From IMG/VR virus record IMGVR_UViG_3300037185_000058, positions 1-31,122 of that record: a stretch of 31,122 bases of DNA. One strand, written 5' to 3'. Position 1 is the stretch's first letter. Every line of letters starts with the position of its first letter. The DNA is from a virus (Duplodnaviria > Caudoviricetes). A program made the position numbers and the translations under genes. The notes under the pieces were generated by a model, which did not search any database, was not told the DNA's origin, and saw only the letters and a program-made list of their open reading frames with translations. Positions 1 to 8,900 of this stretch are shown here, one piece after another.

Positions 1-2
1 CG

Positions 3-192
3 AGCGGGGCCGACCTGAGCGGGGCCGACCTGAGCGAGGCCAACCTGAGCGGGGCCAACCTGCGCCGGGCCAACCTGAGCGGGGCCGACCTGAGCGGGGC
101 CAACCTGAGCCGGGCCGACCTGAGCGAGGCCAACCTGAGCGGGGCCAACCTGAGCGGGGCCAACCTGCGCGGGGCCAACCTGCGCGGGGCCA
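3..192 (+). repeat. 15-bp tandem repeat encoding A(D/N)L(S/R)(G/E/R) pentapeptides
   Basis: About 12 units of gcc(g/a)acctg(a/c)gcnng are directly visible. Confidence 0.95.
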
Positions 193-440
193 AGACCGAC
201 GACAAGACGGCCATCGATCGTTGGTCGATGGTGATCGTCGGCTCAGTGCACGTGATCGCAGCCACTCAGTCCGAGGTGAGTATTGGCTGCCGCACTTACC
301 CCATCAATCACTGGTTGGAGCACTACGAGGAGATCGGGAAGCACGCCGGCTACACTCCCGAGCAAATAGAAGAGTACGGCGGGCACCTGCGGAGGGTGGC
401 GGCCGTGATTGCCGCGATGGCCGCGGGAGGTGCAGTATGA
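3..440 (+). CDS. Pentapeptide-repeat protein (5' truncated by window edge) with C-terminal 'V.IGC...I..W' domain typical of phage PRPs
   Basis: Frame 3 reads [25 protein letters not shown]... and runs in frame into ORF 228..440 (…[15 protein letters not shown]…). The stop TGA 438-440 overlaps the next ATG. Confidence 0.88.
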   Translation, partial: SGADLSGADLSEANLSGANLRRANLSGADLSGANLSRADLSEANLSGANLSGANLRGANLRGAKTDDKTAIDRWSMVIVGSVHVIAATQSEVSIGCRTYPINHWLEHYEEIGKHAGYTPEQIEEYGGHLRRVAAVIAAMAAGGAV

Positions 441-1876
441 GCGCCGCGCCAGCCATGCAGATTGAGCGGCAGCAGCCCCACAAGTCGCCCGACTACATGC
501 GGGTGATTGAGCTGGTCAAGGAGATCGGCGGCAAGAACGGCTTCGAGCCGGTGCCGTGGGATCAGATCGGCTGGCACGGCCGCGCCGACCAGTCGCCCCT
601 TCAGCGCATGTGGGCCTGGCTCATCTCGAAGACCTTGCGCAAGGGCCACTGGTCGCCCTACGCGATCACCAAGCGCGAGCAGCACGGCGGCGAGGAGCTG
701 CACATCGAGCACGCCGCGCAAGCGCTTGGAATGGACGTAGCGAACGCCTACCGGACGTGGAAAGAGGGAGTTGCGCGCGGATTATGGCGCAACGGGACGA
801 AGGAGGAAGGGAAGCGCCGGATGTACATCTGCGGCTCGGTGCCTCAGGTGGAAGGCGAAGAGGAAGCGAAGCACCCCCCCCTTCAAATTGTCTGTACAGA
901 CAATTTGCCGGAGTACATCCTGTTGGAAATAAAGGCTTGGTCTCCGGAGAGGCAAGCGCAGTTCAGCCAGGAGTGGGCCATGCGCGTCAAGGTCCGCAAC
1001 ATCACCCTCGCGGAACTCGTCAAGGCTGGGCGCACGATACTCACTGAGGACGATGATACACAACTTCAGCGCTGGGGTCTACAACTAAAGCATCAGAAAC
1101 ATCCCTCATCCCAGCGGATCGCCGGCCGCGAGGCGCGGATTGCCACCGTCCTCCCAGAGGTTCGGCAGTCAGTACTGACAATATTCGAGTTAGTACAAAC
1201 TCAAGAAAAGGCCCAGTACAGACCCGAAAATCAACCGGTACAAACAGCCGCATCCTTATTGCCTGAGACTACTACCAGAGAGAAGAAAGATCGTGGAGCG
1301 GGCGGTACACCCGATAGGGTTTCCCGGCCCGTAGCTGCCCACCAAGCTGTTGATGGCAGGAAGGACAAGCAGCACCCCGCGCCACAACTGCCCGTTTTGA
1401 CCGATCTGGAAAACCAAGCCCTAATTCTGCTCTTTTTCGAGACGGGAAGGATGCAAGAGGCCTTTCCCCACACCGATTTCGGCTCTGAGCGGATTGATCC
1501 GCAAGACAAGGCCGATCAGATCTGGGCGCGACGGGTACTGCACCAGGTCGGCGCCGAGAATATGACCGGATTTATTCTCTCCGTGGCAGCCAAATTCAAG
1601 GGGCTGGACCGCAACGCTCTGGCGAAGCTGCCATCGCGCGCGCCAGGCACGGACATCGGTCCGCGCTCGCTCGGCTTGATCCTCGCCTGGGCTGGAGACT
1701 ACGCCCGCAGACTCAGTGAGGCCGCGCGGCCGGCAGAGATATCAGCCAAACAGCGGGCGGAAGAGGTACGCTCCTGCCGCTGGCTACTCGCACAGCCGGA
1801 CACCAGCGTCAAAGCCAAGTCAATCGCGCGCGACACGCTGCGCGCGTACGGCCAGAAGGTCGAGGAGGTGAGCTGA
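437..1876 (+). CDS. Putative phage replication initiator / replisome-organiser-like protein (479 aa)
   Basis: ATG 437 has SD GGGAGG at 425-430 and an ATGA overlap, so it is preferred over the ORF-track start at 221. There is a possible N-terminal HTH ([23 protein letters not shown]), a central low-complexity linker with 'ETTTREKK', and iteron-like repeats inside the gene. Confidence 0.55.
   Translation: MSAAPAMQIERQQPHKSPDYMRVIELVKEIGGKNGFEPVPWDQIGWHGRADQSPLQRMWAWLISKTLRKGHWSPYAITKREQHGGEELHIEHAAQALGMDVANAYRTWKEGVARGLWRNGTKEEGKRRMYICGSVPQVEGEEEAKHPPLQIVCTDNLPEYILLEIKAWSPERQAQFSQEWAMRVKVRNITLAELVKAGRTILTEDDDTQLQRWGLQLKHQKHPSSQRIAGREARIATVLPEVRQSVLTIFELVQTQEKAQYRPENQPVQTAASLLPETTTREKKDRGAGGTPDRVSRPVAAHQAVDGRKDKQHPAPQLPVLTDLENQALILLFFETGRMQEAFPHTDFGSERIDPQDKADQIWARRVLHQVGAENMTGFILSVAAKFKGLDRNALAKLPSRAPGTDIGPRSLGLILAWAGDYARRLSEAARPAEISAKQRAEEVRSCRWLLAQPDTSVKAKSIARDTLRAYGQKVEEVS
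884..907. repeat. Perfect 24-bp palindrome CAAATTGTCTGTACAGACAATTTG
   Basis: Read directly. It is AT-rich relative to its surroundings and centred on GTAC. Confidence 0.9.
1168..1245. promoter_or_regulatory. Iteron-like array, candidate replication origin
   Basis: GTAC(A/T)(A/G)AC occurs at 1172, 1193, 1216 and 1238 (spacing 21, 23, 22 bp). The first copy lies in palindrome GTCAGTACTGAC (1168-1179). The same core is in the 884-907 palindrome. Confidence 0.6.
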
Positions 1877-2133
1877 TGGCACCCGCACCCGTCAGATCTC
1901 CGATTCCTCTCGCCACCCCCGCCGCCGTCGCGCGCAACCTGCTGGAGGCGCGGGCCATGCAGGCGCACGAGATCCACGCCTACCGGATCGGCTATCAGCC
2001 CGGATGGGCCAACCTAACCGAGCATCAGCGCCAGGCGTGGCGTGAGGTCGTCCAGTGGTTCGATAGCATAGAGCCACAGTGTTCCGAGTGCCACCAGCCT
2101 ATCTGGTGCCGGAAGTGCCGAGGGCGCGAATAA
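1876..2133 (+). CDS. Hypothetical protein with C-terminal CxxC...CxxC zinc ribbon (85 aa)
   Basis: SD GAGGAGGTG, TGATG coupling to the upstream gene, and motif CSECHQPIWCRKC. Confidence 0.75.
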   Translation: MAPAPVRSPIPLATPAAVARNLLEARAMQAHEIHAYRIGYQPGWANLTEHQRQAWREVVQWFDSIEPQCSECHQPIWCRKCRGRE

Positions 2134-2543
2134 TGCCTATCCGTATGCTTCCCGAGCCGCCGCCCGACCGACGGCTCACCTACCTGAACATCATCCTCCA
2201 CCAGCACAAGCCACACGGCACCTGGTACGCATATGTCCGCGGCTGCCGCTGTGTGGAGTGCCAGGCTGCGGCGCGCGAGTACCAGCGCCACATCCGAGTC
2301 GATGCGCAGCGCGCCACAGTGCCCTGGCAAACGAGAAGAGAGATGTACCTGCGAGCTAAGCGCCAACTGCGGAAACTAATTGACGATGGCTGGCCGCGCC
2401 CTCTCCTCTCACGCGAGCTGGGGTTTGCCGGCGGGTGGCTGCCGATCTACAGCCAGGCGCGCAAGTTTGAGGCGCGTACCGCCTCGAAGGTCGAAAGGCT
2501 CGCCAGGCGCATTGAGGGCGGCTACCTCCAGAGGCTCGCGTGA
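2133..2543 (+). CDS. Hypothetical Zn-binding/DNA-binding protein with HGT..Y..GCRC..C motif (136 aa)
   Basis: TAATG coupling at 2131-2135. Motif HGTWYAYVRGCRCVEC recurs in phage proteins. The C-terminus is basic and possibly HTH-like. Confidence 0.72.
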   Translation: MPIRMLPEPPPDRRLTYLNIILHQHKPHGTWYAYVRGCRCVECQAAAREYQRHIRVDAQRATVPWQTRREMYLRAKRQLRKLIDDGWPRPLLSRELGFAGGWLPIYSQARKFEARTASKVERLARRIEGGYLQRLA

Positions 2544-2965
2544 GCACCTGCGCGTTCTGCCCGGCCATCGGGGATCTGCAAATCTGCGGCTTTCCGGTTC
2601 AGGGCTTCGTGCCGTCGACGTATGGCCGGTTGGCGGTGGGCGACCAGGTGCGGCGGATCTCAGACAAGGCCGAGCGGCCGCCGGCTACGGTGGTAAGGCT
2701 CAAGGCGAGATGCAATGGTGTGGAAATTCCCTGGGGGAGTAAAGCGATTACACCCGGGACGATGCTCTACGCCTACGCTTCGGTTACGGTGATTCTGCAG
2801 AAGGCCAACGGCAAGGAGATTACCCGTGAGGTCTACGCCCGTTCGCCGGTTCGGGTCCTTCGGCAGATGGTTTGCGGGGCGCTGGTCTGCGAGTTGCACC
2901 GCTGCGAGCGCGGGCCAGGTGCGACGTGCTGCGCTGATCACTGGCGATCCCTATCATCTTCGTGA
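2540..2965 (+). CDS. Hypothetical Cys-rich protein (141 aa)
   Basis: GTGA coupling. N-terminal CAFC...C and C-terminal CGALVCELHRC...CCADHW motifs. Confidence 0.7.
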   Translation: MSTCAFCPAIGDLQICGFPVQGFVPSTYGRLAVGDQVRRISDKAERPPATVVRLKARCNGVEIPWGSKAITPGTMLYAYASVTVILQKANGKEITREVYARSPVRVLRQMVCGALVCELHRCERGPGATCCADHWRSLSSS

Positions 2966-2974
2966 CGTCACGAA
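2959..2974. promoter_or_regulatory. Perfect 16-bp palindrome TTCGTGACGTCACGAA at the convergence of the two operons (possible terminator or operator)
   Basis: Read directly. It spans the stop at 2965 and ends just before the opposing stop at 2981. No clear U-tract. Confidence 0.4.
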
Positions 2975-2980
2975 AGAGAT

Positions 2981-5900
2981 CTACGGGTGCAGCAGTTTTC
3001 TCTGTTCTCTCTTCATGTGCTCGATGACGGAGTCGGATTTTGAGGCTCGAGCTTTCGACTCGTTCACCCTGCCGGTTTTGATCTGATCCCAGATGTCTCG
3101 GGCCGTTCCTGGGGGTTTCGAGGGCTTCACGTGCTGAGGCGGCGTGCCAGCGAACAGGGTTGTGAGAAGCTCTTTGTTCTGGTACTTGTCGGCGTCGGGA
3201 CCGGCGAGCATTTCCCATGCGTTAGCGAAGCTCCAGGGGAAAGGCACGAGAGACTTTCCCATCTCGATTACTCCGCGCGCGGTGGAGGCCAGCGGGTTCA
3301 TGCCCTTCGGTGCGATCTCGCGGCCGAGAAAGGTCTCGTTCTTCTGCGATTCATTCCAGGCGCGCAGTCCTGGGCCGGCGGACTGGCCGATGGTGCGCAG
3401 GGGGCCTTCGATGCCACCGTACTCGATGATGTTCCCCAGCGTGTTCGCCAGTTGCCCTGCCGCGCCGCGAAGGAAGATGTTCTGGTAGACGTCGTTCCCG
3501 TCCTTGTCAGTTCCCATGTAGACCTGGGTGGGACGCTTCGAAGGCTTCCCCGAGAACATGAGGCTGGCGAGCTGGGTGGCGATCATACCGCCCGTGAGCG
3601 TTCGCAGCCAGAACATCCGCGCCATCTTGCCAGCCGGCGTGCCGCCCTCAAACGTATATTTCGCGTTGAGGATGTTGCTCCACCACCAATCCGGAGCGAG
3701 TTGGAGTACCCGCGCGAAGTTTAAGGTCATTTTGTTGACGCCAAGGTTTTCCCAGTGCAGCCCTCCGTAAACCGCGTTGACTTCCTTCGCCATGCTCCGG
3801 AGCGCGGTATCGAGCTCGTCGCGGGTTGCCCCCGGATGCCTGGCAATCCAGCCAGCCTCGTGGATGGCCATGTCGGTGACCTTGAAACGCCGCTGCTGGT
3901 TCTCAAACGTGAACGAAGTAATAGCGTGCGCGGTCTGGTCCACCTGGCGGATAACCGGCAGCGACCTGAAGGCCTCGCTCGGTGTGGGAAGCGAACTCAC
4001 AGTGAGCGGCCCGGTCGCCGCTAGGCCTTCCTCCATCCCTGGCGCGCTCTTCTGAATCGCCGTGGTCAACCCGTGGCCAATGTACCAGGCCTCCTGCCGC
4101 TCGAATTCGCGGCTGAATCGATCCGCCTTGAGCGCCTTCCAGTATCCGGTCGGCCCCATGTTGCCGAGCGCCATAGCGGTTTCGGCTGTGGCGTGGAAGA
4201 ACGACATGGAGAGCTGCGCGGCCTTGGTGAAGATCTGATAATTTCGAGCCAGCCTGAACGCCGTCACACGATTCAGGTAATCGGGATCCGTTATCGGCTG
4301 AAACGCCTTCTCGACCTTCGGCGCGACGAAGAATCTCTCCGCTCCGTTCTGGAAGAGTTGGGCATGGGGAGCCATCTCGACCCAGCCCTTGGGGATGTTC
4401 TCTCCGCCTTTGACGCCCCAGCGCCCGGTGTCCGCTTCCCCCATGTGCTGGAGCAGCATGTGCGTGGCGCGCGCGGTCGCGAATTTATCGCCGTAGACCT
4501 CGAACGCCTTGAAGGGATCGAGGGTCCTCGGGCGCTGGTTGTTCGCGATGGCCTCCAGGATGGTAGGGAATTCGCGCTCCTGGTTGTAGGGGAAGTTGCG
4601 CCCGATCTTGCCACCGAGGGCGCGGCCCATCTTGTCGAAGGCGCCCTCTTTCTCTTCCGCCGGCTGCAACAAGTGAGTCACGTACTCGTCGGGCGAGACG
4701 TGCTCCTCGATGAACCCGAGCTTCTGGCCTTCCCGTAAAGAGACCTCTGCGATCGCTGTCAGTTCCTTGTCGGCCTTCAGCATGGCCGGCGTGGGATTGA
4801 GCGCCCGCTCGATCGACGGCTTGAGCTTGCGGATGTTTTCCTGGCCGATTGTGACGTCGGGAACGGTCATGTAGCCCATGTGCGTTCCGGCGAGCCATTG
4901 CTCCATCTGTCCTGGGGCGATGCGCGAGTCGCGCATTAGGTAGAGGCCTTCGCGGTCCACCGCTGAGGGAATCTCTCTCCGTAGCCTTCCCGTGATCTGA
5001 CGCACCCGCGCGCTCCACAAATCCCGCTGGCCGGTGTAGTGCCAGACCTCGTTTTTCCCGTAGCGCTTTTCGGCTTCGGCGTTTACCTGCTCGGGGGTCT
5101 TCTGGATTTGCTTCAGGCTGAAGGAGCCGCGCTCGGAGCCGAGTCGGGAGGCGTTGAAAAGCGCGCCCTGCTCCGGGCCGTCCTCATCGAAGAGGCTTCG
5201 GTTTTTGGCGGGTTTGAGTTTCGACGGGCCTTTTGCCAGACCGGAGTTTATCTGCGCCGTGAGTTGATCGTGCAGCAGCCGATTCTCGCCGTGCTGGTTG
5301 TCTACTTGGGATTGCCGCTCGGCTTCGGGGCCGAAGAGGGAACCTTCTGGGTTTTCGCCGGCGGCGTTCCCGGCGGGTAAAAGATCGCGTGGCTGGCGCT
5401 CATAATCGGCACCCGTCGCATTCCGGAAGGCGGATGTATCAGGTTTATTTCCCGCTCCAGTCCGGCCTCTCCCTCCTGGTCGTAGGCGTCCAGGCACCTC
5501 ACCAGGTTTTCCTCCACTTCCTTCAGGTCCTCTTCGGAGAGCGGAGATAACCCGCTTCGCGATTTCCCTTGGTTTGACACTGCCGTGCTCCCTCCTCAAC
5601 TCTCGCACATACCGCGCTCCGAGAGACCTGGCCTCCGAATGGGAGAGGTCAAGTTGCTGGTAGCGCTGTGGCTGCATTAGGCGCGCGCCCACTTCGGCGG
5701 CGGCTTCTCCGGCGGACTCGAACTGATACCTCGATAACGCTGCGGTGGCGCGATTGCCTTCCGCGCTTCCCGCGACGAATGAGGAGGCGTTTGCCTCCGA
5801 AAGATGCCTATTGGCGGAGCGACCGCCGGCAAGCCTCGACTGCGCCGCGTGATCCAATTCTTCCCGCAACGCAGCCGTCTTCGTCTCGTCCGTGGCACCC

Positions 5901-8900
5901 TCGTGGTCACCGACGACGATCAGAGATTTTCCGGAAACGGCCGCGCGGGTCGCGGCATCTATGAGGTTCAGAACGGATTGCGGCGGCGTCGTGTACTCGG
6001 CGGCAGAGGAACGCGCCAATGCGGCCACTTTCCCGGCGTCCCCTGGTGCCAGGTGCAGGGCTCCCGCACCGCTAAGCTGCCCCGCCAACCGGCTGATATA
6101 CTCGATGCCGCTCGGATTCGTTACGTAGGCTACCGCGTGCTTCGCATCCTCCGGGTCGAGGGGGTGCTCCTCGAACTGCATGTGCCGAGCGTGCCAGTCG
6201 GCGCTCAGGTTCGGGGAGTATATCGCGTTGCGCCCGGTTGAAAGGCGGGGGACGCGGGAAGCGTTGAAGGGCGCAGCGGGAGAGTGCTGCGCGGTGGGTT
6301 CACTCGTTTGCTCGGCCTTGCGAGTCCAGTGCCTTCGAGCGTTCAGCGGGTTGGCCCCTTCGACATGGTAGAGACTGCCATCGCGGAATTCGTAGAGGCC
6401 CTCCACTTTGGCGCGCCTCACCAGAATCTCTCCTGGCTCGATGTAGCGCCCTCCGCTGGAGTGCGTGTTTTCTTCCGGTACGACCTCGCCACTCAGTACA
6501 GCGAAACGACGGTGCGCTTCCCAGTAACCAACGTGCCAGTCACGCGCCTGCTCGAATGCGCGATCCAAGTCCCCGCGCGCATCGAATGCGCTCGTCCCGG
6601 GGAGGAGGCCTGTTGGCTTATAATTCGCCCAGGCCTCGGACGGGCCGATGATTTCGCCTACTTTGGGTGTTTCGCGGGGGTCAAGCGCCCGCACCGCGAT
6701 GACTTTCCCCTCGGGCGTTTGCGGCTGTTTCTCTAGGGGATTGTCGCCCGGGCCGCCCTGTTTGGGCACCGGATGCGATTGTAGCGCAGGTACGCGGGAA
6801 GCGTTGAAGGGCGCAGCGGGAGAGGCCTTCGGCAGGAGGTCGGGATATTCTGCCAGCACTTCGGGTGGAACGGGATTTCCCTCGCGGATAGCCTGGATCG
6901 CCACAGCGCGCATCTCCCTCATGAGTTCGATGCGCCGTTTCATAACCGTGGCGGGATTCCAGTATTTCCCAGTTGGCGGCGGCAAGCCTGGAATCTTGCC
7001 GTACCCCTCTGGCATGTTCTTCGTTGCAGCTGCGAGCTTCGCGTCCTCGGCCTGAATTTCGGCGATCGAGCGGGGCGCAGTAGGTGTGGTGGAGGGTTTG
7101 GACTGAGAGGGGGGGCTGCCTACCTGCTGCTCTGGCTCGGCTGCTCTTGCGGGGCCGCGCGCTTCGCCTGGGCCTCTCTGAGGTCCTTCTGGCGCATTCT
7201 CTCGCGGAGCCACGCCACGTTCGCCGGGTTCGCCGGGAGGTTGAACGGCCGCTTTGTCTCCGAAGAGGTCTTTCTGCGGTTCCCAGCGCTGCTTGGCTCG
7301 CTCATAGGCCGTCTCCAGAATATCAGCTTTCGACAGCGGAGCGGGAGGTCCGAACATCGAATCCTGCTTCGGGCTGCCGGCCTCATGCGCTACCTCGCTG
7401 TACTCCTTCAGAACCTCGCCGATTTTCTTTGCCGATTTCCGATTGTCGGCGAAAATCTGCACCAGCTTCTCCGCTACCGGGTCGCGCTCCTGGCCGGCGA
7501 GATCGCCTTGCGCCATCCAGTCTTTAACCGGCGTTCCCTCGCGGTGCAGATTGTCGAGGACTGCTGCCGCATCCGAGATCTCCTGGCCGAGTCCGACATC
7601 GAAGCGATCCCCACGCGAGACGGCTTCCTGGAACTGCGCCACCTTCGGCGCGGCTTGCAGCATTCCGGCGGTGATGTTCTTCAGCGACGGATTCTCGCTT
7701 TCAGCCATGCGCTCCAAGGCGCGCGGATCGGGGTAGGCCTTCGCAAAGACGGTGTTTCTGACGATACGGGCCCCGGTTTGCGAGAGCTTCCCGCTCGCAT
7801 CCATGAAGACGCCCTGCTCTTCTACCGGCAGGCCTTTGATGAGTTCCCGCACAAACTCGGGATTCGGCGTGCCGTCCTCCTTCGGCTCGAAGGAATCCAT
7901 GAGCGGCCCGGTCATGCGCCGGGAAAGAACCGCGGCCACTTCCGCATCGGACATGCGCGCGGCAGAACTCATGTTCGCTTCCTCTGCGAATTGGGCCACG
8001 TCCGCAGGCTTCATCGCATCGGTGATGACGCGGGTCAGCACGGGATTGGGAATCGCAGCCACCCGTTGCGGATCGTCGCCGTAGTCCGCCGCGTGGTCGA
8101 TGAGGTCCTGCTTGTAGGCAGCCGCCCTGGGGCTGCCCTCCGCGTAAAGTTCCTTCAGGGCTTGCGTTCCATGATTTCGGGTAATCGTGGTTCCGTCCGG
8201 CAAGGTGATCGGCGCGCCATCCGAGGCCAAGCGCGAATCCGCCATCAGGGCAAAATTCATATCGCCCTTACGCTGGTCCACGCGCGCGCGACTCGCCACC
8301 CGATCCGTGTTTCTCGGCTGATACTCCTGCGGGTAGCCCGGTCGGAAGGAGTTGGTGAGCTCCGAGGCATCGCGAATGTCGTACTGGACGCCCACCTTGC
8401 GCCCCGTGATGGTGTAGACCTCGGCGGCTTTGCCGCTGGCAGCTGTGGGAACGTCCGGGCCGGCGACCGGCTTCTGGCTTGGGGCAGGCAGAAACTCTTT
8501 CGGGATTTCGGGCTGCTGAGGCTCTGGAGGCTCAGGAGCCGCTTTCCAGCCCTTCCCCAGGTCTAACCCGCCCTCGGATGGCGATACAGTCTGTGGCTGT
8601 TGAGCCACAGGGGCGGGAAGGAACTCAGGGGGAACGTTGGGTTTCTCCTCAGCCAATGTCGCGGCCGCTGGCGGCTGATTCGCCGATGCTGCCGGCGGCT
8701 GGGGAGAGTTTGCCCTACGTTCCTGGATTGCTGCCGCCCTCTGCTCCGCTATGGCGTCTTCGATAGGATTGGAGGTCCAGCCCTCGCCAAGATCTGTAGG
8801 GGGTGGCGCTGGCGTGGGTTCGACGGGCTGGGCGGGGGATGGTGGCGGGGAAGGCGGTGGAGGGGCTGGGGCCGATTCTGGCGCAGGGGCGCCCGGTCTG

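Noticed and set aside
1-192. Tandem repeats as CRISPR array or VNTR
   Set aside because: The 15-bp units have no spacers and are fully explained by pentapeptide coding.
221-436. N-terminal 72 aa of the 551-aa track ORF
   Set aside because: It overlaps the pentapeptide gene and has shadow-like composition. ATG 437 has an SD and coupling.
874-881. C8 homopolymer as phase-variation tract
   Set aside because: It is short, encodes His-Pro-Pro-Leu in an intact frame in GC-rich DNA, and has no supporting evidence.
6338-6381. Nested +1 ORF after the ART-like cassette
   Set aside because: It is only ~12 codons (MAVSTMSKGPTR) with no SD, so the nested-gene pattern does not hold for every domain.
7241-8566. 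441-aa + strand ORF
   Set aside because: Antisense shadow of the ddrB-like domain, typical of high-GC coding DNA, with no motifs.
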